A stretch of 64,000 nucleotides of DNA from assembly GCA_965240325.2 (NCBI GenBank), contig OZ251225.1:3720001-3784000 (forward strand), read 5' to 3'. Positions 55,719 to 64,000 of this stretch are shown here, piece after piece. The notes beneath the pieces are model-generated. The model saw only the letters and a list, made by a program, of their open reading frames with translations. It did no database searches and was not told the origin of the DNA. Source of the DNA: Rebecca billardiae RCC1528. Lineage: Eukaryota > Protista > Haptophyta. Both the position numbers and the translations under genes were made by a program. Within the stretch, counting starts at the first letter, position 1, and every line of letters starts with the position of its first letter.

Positions 55719-56752
55719 GAGAGTCAGCAGCGCGCAGTCCGAGACCGAGTTTCCAATGATGCTGCCACTATTGAATTATAAATAAATGGGCATGGCTGAT
55801 GCAGCCAATGAGAATGCTCGCTCGGCTCCGCGCCGACCGCGTCGTGACGTGCCGACATCAGCAAAGCCAGAGCCTCAACGACTCAGTCTCAGCGAGTCCT
55901 GTGAGCAGCATCACTCATCAGGCCACCCGAGCACATCAGTCATCATGCGCTCGTGGGCGGCTCGTCGGCTGCGGCACGGCCCGCTATTAATTATTAAGCC
56001 GGCCTGCTATGATGAGTAGTTGACGACACACTTTTAGTCACTGCCGCGTAGCTAGTCACGGTTCAGATGACGACTTATTATTCTTGGACGAGAAACAAAT
56101 AAATATAATGATCTAATTCGATGATACGATATATGATGATGGATCAAGTCGTTACGTCGACTTCCGGGATCGCCGATTCGGCGGCGGTTCCGGACGTCGG
56201 CCCGGCGGACGTATATATACCGTAATAATATATACTTACGGACAGCGCCAGTAGTCAGTAGCCGGCAGATGATGAGGCGGCGGCATGAGCCGCGCCCGTC
56301 ACGTGACTACTGCACGCGGCATCGCTGCCATCATCCGACTTCGGACTTTCATCCGTCATCACTTCAGCAAGGGCTTGCTGCTTGGCCACACGGTCTTGGC
56401 TGCTCGTGCCTCGTCACTCGTCAGGGCCCCGCGGAGAATTCCCGGAAGCCCGTAAAGGCTCGGAGGTGTATAGCCGTATAGGTAGTGAGCCGCCACCGGG
56501 TACGGGTGTGAGACGTGAGTGCCGGTGTCGCGCGGCTTTATGCACCGGGGCGCCAGGCTCGGCTGCGGCCACGCAGGCCGGCCCCGCGTATGATGCGGCG
56601 CCGGCGGGCGCTGTGGCAGGCTCAGCGGCCTCATGGCTCATGCCGGCTGCCCCGAGGGGAGCTGAGCTGCACCGTCAGCACGGCATCTCAAGGCCCCATG
56701 CCTGCGCTCTCTCGCGCCACCGCCGCTGCCAGATCCAGGGCCGAATCCACCC

Positions 56753-57933
56753 CTACGGGCCATCAAAGGCCTTCCCCAGCGCCTGGAAGCAGATCTCGCT
56801 AGCCTGCTGGTATGAGTGCGGGCCCCACTGTGCCGGGTCGTCCCAGGACTTGCCGGTGTTCCGCTCGAGGAATGCCTGCTGGTAATAGCCTGGGAAGCCC
56901 TGCGGCTGGCGCGGGTTGTCACAGTTTGCGCCGCCCGTCCATGCGCAGCACGAAGGACCTGTTCCGTATCCAAACATCTACGCAGCATTGCAGCGAGCAC
57001 GCACATGTACGCGCGGCCAGCACACAGCGCGGCGCACTCAGCTACGCGCATTTCTGGCGGGGCCGGCGGCGCTGCGCCGCCAGTGCGCGCTTCTCGGCGC
57101 ACCTGCCAGTGGCAAAAGGGCCCGAGCCAGTCGCAGTGCCCAAGAGAGAAGTTCCAGTCGCACCGGCTGCCCGCGCCTGCCGCGGGGCACAGCTCGGGCG
57201 TGTCGCACTCGATGCGCAGTGGCGGCGTGTACTTCTGGTCAATGGGGAAATCGCCGGTAAAGCAGCCCTGCGCGAATGGGAGGCACAGCGAGGGGCGGCG
57301 CGCGAAATCGGTGACGAGTTGTCCCTTTGCGCGCGTGCCTGGGTGTCGCGTGTGCTCGGGTCGCGCGCGCACCCCGTTGTAGCTGATAGGTGGCGCTGGC
57401 GGGAACATGGTGCCCCACACGTAGCGGGAGTTCTCGCATGGGTTGCGGATGCGCTCCTTCCAGTCATCGCCGACGACCTTGCGGATGTTCGGGTTGTCCT
57501 CGGCCTCGCGCACCCAATCCGTCTGGTACAGGCCGGATGCGCCCGTGCTCTTCAGGTTGCAGCCACCCACGTGGGGCGGGTTGAGAGGGACGCACTCGCC
57601 CGCGGCAATAACGACGGCCGCCGGGCAGTACTTTGGGTTGAGGCCGGCGGCGGCCCACGCCTCCGCGACCTGCACGTACGTGAACGTCTCGGCATAGCTG
57701 TACTTCTGGTACTGATCGCAGTTGGGGTCCGGCTTCGAAATGTCGGTGCTCCCGTTGAGCATGATTGAGCTCGCTTTGGGCACCTCACACGGCCAATCGT
57801 CACCGACCGGCAGCCCTGACTGGAGCTCAGCGGAGGGCGCAAGGGGCAAACGCGTGCTTGCGAGGAAGGCGATGGTCGCGATGATCATTCCCGCGGCGGC
57901 GATGCCGACGGCGAGCTGGCGTCCACGGCTCAT
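56753..57933 (-). CDS. Secreted/anchored Cys-rich protein with lysozyme/lytic transglycosylase (SLT-like) domain (3 exons)
   Basis: N-terminal TM LAVGIAAAGMIIATIAFLA; QVAEAWAAAGL...AAVVIAAGE...GASGLYQ...NPCENSR; introns 57372-57268 and 57102-56978. Confidence 0.65.
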
Positions 57934-58593
57934 GGTTGGGGGTGGCCGGAATCGGGCGGTCGCGGCGGGGTGGAGGGGTGTCGGGCGACCGGCCGTGCGT
58001 CCGCGGGCGGCTGCGGCTCCGAATTTCGACGAATGACGCGACGCACGCTCACGCACGATCATCATTGTACGGCTATTATTATAAAAAAGTATAGTATGGG
58101 GGTAAGTCGGGTAACTACTCATCATCATCACCTTGTACTCATTCTGCGTCCTTCCGGTTCGTCAATCGTCGTCAATCGTCAGCGATTCGCACCCCGTCCG
58201 GGCAGCTGGTCCGGGGACGTTTCTCCAGCCGAGGTGCAGGAGACCTGCGCCGTCCTACCTGTGTCGTTATTAAATCATAGAATGAGTCAATTGCGCTCGA
58301 CGGCGGCGAGCCCGTGCGCATCGGCATGAAACTACCCTGAATCAATGAACAGTACACAGCTAGGGCTCGGCCCGACACACTGTCGTGACTTGCACACAGC
58401 CCAGTCAGTCCGAGCAGGTGAGACAGTTAGACTTAGTGCCGACTGATTGATCAGTAGTAGCCCGAGCCGCAGTCGGCGTCCACCTCGCGGCCGTAACCTG
58501 AAACCGTAGTTTAATTTACCGGGTCATTTGACGTCATCATCATCATCATCATGATTATAGCTTATTATTTGTTACGTAAAAGCGTTGGCTACG

Positions 58594-58665
58594 CGGGCGT
58601 CGTCAATCTCGCCTGCCTGAGCTGTGTGACTGTGCGTCTCCGAATATTATTCTTAGTCAACTGTA
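58594..58665 (-). repeat. ~55-bp element, copy E, expanded by small insertions
   Basis: Reverse complement TACAGTTGACTAAGAATAATATTCGGAGACGCACAGTCACACAGCTCAGGCAGGCGAGATTGACGACGCCCG. Confidence 0.8.
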
Positions 58666-59035
58666 AATTATATCTTACTTGGCTACGAATTCGCCGCTAG
58701 GACCGCGGGCCGCTGCCGCTCTGAGAGCAGGGCCGCCAGCCGTATTGTGACGAACTTATGATGACATCGCGCATCATTCTTTTTTTTGTGCGGACGCACC
58801 GCCGCAGCGCCCGGCTGCTGAGCCGCTCAGGCCTGCTCAGATCACAGATGCAGCTGACTGTCGACCGTGTCGTCAATGTGCCACTACTCGTCTGTCGGAG
58901 TATCAGGTAATCAGCGCTGAGTGCGCCGTGCTGCATGGCAGCAGACTGCTCCATCCGAACGGTCAGTAGTGGCGTCACATAAATCGTGCCGGTCAGTGTA
59001 ATACGTGCGCATAGGCACTGCGCTACGAAGTGGTA

Positions 59036-59078
59036 CCTGCCTGAGCTGTGTGCGTCTCTTATTCTTAGTAAACTGTAC
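59036..59078 (-). repeat. ~55-bp element, copy F (3'-truncated, bounded by GTAC)
   Basis: Reverse complement GTACAGTTTACTAAGAATAAGAGACGCACACAGCTCAGGCAG|GTAC. Confidence 0.88.
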
Positions 59079-59118
59079 ACCAGTCCGGATCATTCTGATG
59101 GCAATCCACTGTTGATGG

Positions 59119-60366
59119 TCATGGTTGCCGCCGCAGCGTGGCGCGTGCACTCTGCTCCTCCTCACTGGGGCTCTCGGCCCAAAGAAGCTCGCGGTCGATG
59201 CGTTCGAGCCAGTCGGTGGCAGTAGGCGTGGCGAGCACCTTCCAGCTCTCAATCCTAGCACCCTGTAGCCACTTATGCGTGGTGGCGTCGGCCATTCCTC
59301 CAGGGTACGATGTGCCACAGCCCTGGTACACACGGATGATCCGCGCCCGCCTCGCCCAACCTGGCCTGCCGTACGCGTGGTACCCAGCTGCGCCGGCGTA
59401 GCACAGCTCGAGACCGCCGTACGTGCCACACAGATCGTTGAGGTGGTCATGTCCGACGAACATCGCCCGCACGGCCTGGGTGCGGGCGGCGAGTGCATGG
59501 AAGCCAGAGTTGAATGGCGGCGCGCTCACCGGCTCATTGTGCGAGCCGGAGATGGGCGTGCCGGACGCGAGGAGCGCCGCGTATTCGGGGAGCGGGATGT
59601 GGAAGAAGGCCAGGCCGAGTGATGGCCCGACGAGCACATTGTTTGTGCCAGCACCGAGCTGGCGGCGGCGCTGCTGCCGGTTGCGTGCCTCTTTCATGAA
59701 CCACGCCTGCTGCTGCATGCTAATCCATTCGTAGATGGGACTGGAACCTGCATCGCGCAGCAGAGCGCCCGAATCGAGCATGTACAGCGCAAGGTTGGGG
59801 AATGAGAGCCTGGGTTGGTCAGTCGATGGCGCGAGGGGCTCATCGGTGGCGTTCGTTGAGAGCGCGCGCTCTGCTGCAGCTGAGCTCGGTGCAATGTCGA
59901 CCACGTACGTGCCAGCGCCATTGTGTACGTGCGCCGGGCCGACGCGGGCGCGCGAGTACGGCATATGAGCGATGACATGCATCATCGCACGCCGCGACAT
60001 GCGCGAGCAGTCGTGGTTTCCAAGCGTCGCCAGCCATGGCGTCCGCGCCTCGATCGCGGGAGCAAACGCTGCGCGCAGCGAACCGACAATGTCGGATGTG
60101 CCCTCGAGAATATTGTCGCCCGTGAAGACGATCAGGTCAGGCTGCTCCTGGGCAATGACACGGCGAACAAAGTCCGTCGAGTTTCGCCACGAGCATCCGA
60201 AGCGGCGCTCAGACTCGGACAAATCAGCGCACGGCTGCGCCGCGTCATCGGTAGTGACGTGCAGGTCAGCAATCTGCGCAATCGTGAACGAGCCGTCGGG
60301 GCGGAAGCGAAGCTCGGAGTCGGACGCGTGCGTGGCAAGAAGTGCAATGGCCGTGACGGCGAGCAT
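59119..60366 (-). CDS. Secreted metallophosphoesterase (purple acid phosphatase PAP28/29, Dcr2-like)
   Basis: Signal peptide; LRFRPDGSFTIAQIADLH, FTGDNI, GNHD, FFHIPLPEY, GHDHLND, YHAYG..GWARRAR. Confidence 0.9.
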   Translation of the reverse strand: MLAVTAIALLATHASDSELRFRPDGSFTIAQIADLHVTTDDAAQPCADLSESERRFGCSWRNSTDFVRRVIAQEQPDLIVFTGDNILEGTSDIVGSLRAAFAPAIEARTPWLATLGNHDCSRMSRRAMMHVIAHMPYSRARVGPAHVHNGAGTYVVDIAPSSAAAERALSTNATDEPLAPSTDQPRLSFPNLALYMLDSGALLRDAGSSPIYEWISMQQQAWFMKEARNRQQRRRQLGAGTNNVLVGPSLGLAFFHIPLPEYAALLASGTPISGSHNEPVSAPPFNSGFHALAARTQAVRAMFVGHDHLNDLCGTYGGLELCYAGAAGYHAYGRPGWARRARIIRVYQGCGTSYPGGMADATTHKWLQGARIESWKVLATPTATDWLERIDRELLWAESPSEEEQSARATLRRQP

Positions 60367-61105
60367 CGCCCGCGCTCGCGCTCAGAGCGCGCCAGGGGCT
60401 GCGCGTCGGCGTGGCGCCACAGCCTGCATGCATGGGCGTCCGCCGCCCGCCAAGGTGACCTTGACCTACCGGTCGCTCGGCGGGCGAAAGCCTGCGCCCG
60501 ATGACGCGTTTTCGTCAGACGGCGGGTCATTTGTATTTGTATTTAAAAATGGCCTGTGTCAGAGGCTCTTGTCCTGCCCGTACGCCGATCGACAGCGACT
60601 GCCCCGCCGCGTGCCGCGCGCTCGGCGCTGCCGCACCAGCCTGCGCGCCGCCTCAACAGTCCACGTGCGCACGCGGCGCTTTGAGCGGCTCGACAGGCAC
60701 GCCGCGCATGTCGAGCAGAACCGGCCGAGCGGCTCGGGCTCGACGGGTGCGGCCGCGGCGTGTGAGTCTGCCGCCACTGAGCCGTGCGACGGATGACGCG
60801 GGACGTGCTGCCGCGTTTTTCTGTCTAATGTCGTACGTACTCTGCTTTATTCGTAAATAGCGCATAGTCTGCGCTTAGCTGCACCGTCAGGCCGCGGCGG
60901 CGCCGGGGGCGCCGCCACGTCGGCCACGCCCGCGAGGTCGCTCGGGGCTGATTTTTAGCCGCGCTGATGTGACGCTGATTGCCGGGTCGGACACTCGGAC
61001 CGTAAGGGGTGACCCCGCACGGGCCCACGCCCACGGGCACGGTGCGGCGCCGGCGCCCGGTTGCCAATCGGTCATTCATATTCGCAGACGCCAGTATACG
61101 TCAAG

Positions 61106-61106
<1 letters not shown>

Positions 61107-61186
<80 letters not shown>

Positions 61187-61228
61187 GATCGCGTCTCTCT
61201 CTGTCTCTCGCGCGCGCGGACGATATCA

Positions 61229-61263
<35 letters not shown>
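61107..61263. repeat. (CT)n (61107-61184) and (AT)n (61233-61263) microsatellites
   Basis: Perfect dinucleotide runs. Confidence 0.97.
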
Positions 61264-61264
<1 letters not shown>

Positions 61265-61628
61265 TGCTACTCATTATTCTATATATATGATTTAATGACG
61301 TAACGCACATGCCATGCAGCATGACATACCTGTGACATGACACTGCTGCTGATCATTCAGTTCACAAATAACTCGGAGCCCAGCGCATTGATGACTATCA
61401 CTACCATGCATTGCTGACGAGTGGAGTCAGGGCTCAGTCTGACTATACAGCCTGCGATCAAGGGCCGTGCTGCGATATCCATGGCAGCAGACCGCAATAA
61501 GTGCCTCACAGGGCTCATAATCGGAACCAACCGGCTTCGATCATTGGACTGATTGAGTGGCGCACGCATTGTCGGCAGGCGTAGTTAGCTCGGAGCTCCG
61601 CATCACACTACGCGCACGACTTTGCACG

Positions 61629-62063
61629 TCACCACGACTGCATATTGACGCGCACTGCTCCATCTCGCCAAAATGCGACGTACTCTTTGAAGCCCTCCGC
61701 TGCTGGCTTTGGCTCAGCGTATGTCCTGCGGGCAAAGCGCATCACGAGCGAGGCACGGGCAGACGCCCACCGAACGCACGAGGTAGAAAGGGGGCGTCAG
61801 CTGGGCAGTGCACGACGCCGTAGAGACTAAAGGGCATGTGCAAGTCACCATGCTGCGGCCTCGAGCACCTCGCCGTTCTCCGGGTCGCGAATGTCGAAGT
61901 ACGTGGCCTTGCCTTTCCAGCCGCACACGGTCACCTTTGCGCTGGGCAAGAAGAAGCGCTCGCGGACGGAGTCAGGCGGGAAGTAGGGCGTCTTGTCCAC
62001 CACAATCACGTCTGAGTCGAGCGCCTCCGCCAGAATATGGCCCCGCCATACTGCCCGCACCAT
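61629..62063 (-). CDS. DUF427 (NTP_transf_9) domain protein (2 exons)
   Basis: MVRAVWRGHILAE..YFPPDSV..TVCGWKGKATYFDI..AAW / TYAEPKPAAEGFKEYVAFW; intron 61848-61726. Confidence 0.85.
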
Positions 62064-62199
62064 CCTCCTGACAATGGTACGAGAGCCACCACGTCGCGGC
62101 AAGTCAGCACCGTCCACGTCCGGAGTGGTTGTCGGCCATCGGCGGATCGCCCCGGGCCGCTCACTGGCAGTTGTTCACTGCGACTCAGGAGGGCCGGCG

Positions 62200-63894
62200 A
62201 TGGCGGCGTCCACGTGGACGGTGATGGGTTTGCTGGGTTTGCTCACGGCTGGCGTGGTGCGCTCGCACTGTGCGGTGCGCTACGCTCCGGCCACGGCCGC
62301 GCTCCGCGCTCGGAGCGCGCGCGTGCGCGCGTGCGCGCCGGGCGCGGCGGCCAGCACGGCCGCGCCCCGCGCGCTCGTCGGGCAGACAGTCGATCTGGAG
62401 ATCGAGTCGCTCACCTCGCTGGGCGAGGGCGTGGCGCGGCTGGAGGGCGGGCTAGTGGTGCTCGTGCCGTTCGTGATTCCGGGCGAGCGAGTGCGCGCGC
62501 GGATCCACCGGCAGACCTCCTCGTACGCCGCGGCCGATCTAGTCTCTGTGGAGGCGGCTGCGGCCGAGCGGCTGCAGCCGCGGTGCGAGCTTTTCGGGCA
62601 GTGCGGCGGCTGCCAGTACCAGCACATGCCGCTGCGGCTGCAGCGCGAATGGAAGCGGCAGCACGTGATCGACGCGTTTGCGCGCATCGGCGGCTACCCA
62701 CAGCACGGCGACGAGCCCACGGCCGACGGCGTGACGGCCGCGCACTCCGCCCCCGCCCCACCCGCGCCTGCCCCGCTGGAGTCGCTGGTGGCGCCGACGA
62801 TGGGCGCGGGGGAGGAGCACGCGTACGGCTATCGCTCGAAGCTCACGCCGCACCACGACGGGCCGCGCCGCCGCCGTCGGGATCCGCGCCGCGCCGGCGC
62901 TGACGACGTGGCCGCCCACGGCGCCGCCCCGGCGGAGGCGGAGGCGGAGGCGGCGGCGGAGGCGGAGGTGGAGGACATTGGCCCGATCGGCTTCCGCATG
63001 GCGGGGAGGCGCCGGCTGGTCGACGTGCCGCGCTGCCCGATCGCCAGCGAGCCGATCAACGCCGCGCTGCCCGCCGTGCGCGCCGCGGCGCGCGCCGCCG
63101 CCGCGGAGAAGGCGGCGGCCGTGCGCGCGGCGCGCGCCGCTGGCGAGCGTCGCAAGCCGCCCAAGGGCGCAACGCTGCTGCTGCGCGACGCAGACGGCGG
63201 CGTGGAGACGGACCCGCGCGTGCGCGTGCGCGCCACGGTCGAGGGCATCCAGTTCGAGTTCCTCGCGGGCGAGTTCTTCCAGAACAACCCGAGCGCGCTG
63301 CCGCCGCTCGTGAGGCACGTGGTGGCGCGCGCGCGCGCGGGCGGCGCCGCGCGCTCTCTGATCGACGCGTACTGCGGCGGCGGCTTTTTTGCGCTGTGCG
63401 CGGCGGGGCACTTTGAGACGGTGGCGGGCGTGGAGGTGAGCGCGGACAACGTCGAGGCCGCGCGCGCCAACGCGGCGCGCAACGGCATCGCCAACGCGCG
63501 CTTCGAGGCGGGGCCCGTCGAGGACCTCTTCTCGCCGCTCGCGCGCGGAGCGGACGGCGCGTACGCTGGCGCGCACACGGCGGTCGTGCTCGACCCGCCG
63601 CGCAAGGGGTGCTCGGAGGAGTTCCTCGAGCAGCTCTTCGCGCTGCGCCCGCTGCGCGTCGTGTACGTCTCGTGTGACCCGGCGACGCAGGCGCGCGACG
63701 CGCGCCTCTTCGCCGCCGCCGGGTACGTGCTGCGCGAGGCGGTGCCGTTCGACCTGTTCCCGCAGACGCGGCACATCGAGTGCGTCGCCACCTTTGACGC
63801 GTGGCCGCCGCCTGCCGACCCGGACGGGGAGGGCGTGGCGGCCGAGGAGGCTTCGCTCGCGCTGTGCCCACTCGATCCGCCCGCATCGGGGTGA
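62200..63894 (+). CDS. TRAM-domain RNA (uracil-5-)-methyltransferase, RlmD/TrmA family, organelle-targeted
   Basis: TRAM LEIESLTSLGEGVAR..VPFVIPGERV; CELFGQCGGCQYQH [4Fe-4S]; FFQNN; IDAYCGGGFF; LDPPRKG; YVSCDPATQARD; DLFPQTRHIE. Confidence 0.93.
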   Translation: MAASTWTVMGLLGLLTAGVVRSHCAVRYAPATAALRARSARVRACAPGAAASTAAPRALVGQTVDLEIESLTSLGEGVARLEGGLVVLVPFVIPGERVRARIHRQTSSYAAADLVSVEAAAAERLQPRCELFGQCGGCQYQHMPLRLQREWKRQHVIDAFARIGGYPQHGDEPTADGVTAAHSAPAPPAPAPLESLVAPTMGAGEEHAYGYRSKLTPHHDGPRRRRRDPRRAGADDVAAHGAAPAEAEAEAAAEAEVEDIGPIGFRMAGRRRLVDVPRCPIASEPINAALPAVRAAARAAAAEKAAAVRAARAAGERRKPPKGATLLLRDADGGVETDPRVRVRATVEGIQFEFLAGEFFQNNPSALPPLVRHVVARARAGGAARSLIDAYCGGGFFALCAAGHFETVAGVEVSADNVEAARANAARNGIANARFEAGPVEDLFSPLARGADGAYAGAHTAVVLDPPRKGCSEEFLEQLFALRPLRVVYVSCDPATQARDARLFAAAGYVLREAVPFDLFPQTRHIECVATFDAWPPPADPDGEGVAAEEASLALCPLDPPASG

Positions 63895-64000
63895 GCGCGG
63901 ACTGCGCAGGCTCCCTTGGTACTGCCGCCGATTGGCTATCATCGATGCTCCATCCATTCCTTCAAGTTCGGGGTCCCGTGCCCGCGGTGCCCGGCACAGG

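Overview
Very GC-rich, gene-dense eukaryotic nuclear DNA with short spliceosomal introns (about 90-150 bp, donors mostly GTGCGC/GTGAGC, acceptors mostly GCAG). A ciliary assembly gene, signal-peptide-bearing plastid-type proteins and the codon bias suggest a flagellated alga with a complex plastid, plausibly a Pavlovales-type haptophyte (inference only). About 21 protein-coding genes can be assigned to families: kinase-PP2C fusion, EF-hand/ankyrin, filamin-repeat, LPAAT, carotenoid oxygenase, two glycosyltransferase-like proteins, PUB/F-box/SMI1, SLC4/BOR, DNAAF1, PDK, hybrid histidine kinase, UhpC-like MFS, SnRK1/AMPK beta, HPP, RING-H2, condensin CAP-H, SLT-like lysozyme, purple acid phosphatase, DUF427 and RlmD-type methyltransferase. 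There are also two unassigned ORFs and an orphan WD40 exon. Most long overlapping ORFs in the track are GC-driven shadows. Intergenic DNA holds the least-explained structure: several non-autonomous DNA transposons (a TA-flanked MITE, two long fold-backs, a 27-bp-TIR MITE), a dispersed ~55-bp TA|CAGT element, a hairpin module with compensatory changes, a TA-CAG-TA excision footprint, and 'scrambled' spacers built from short duplicated words. No rRNA, tRNA or CRISPR array was found. All calls come from reading motifs by eye; no searches were run.
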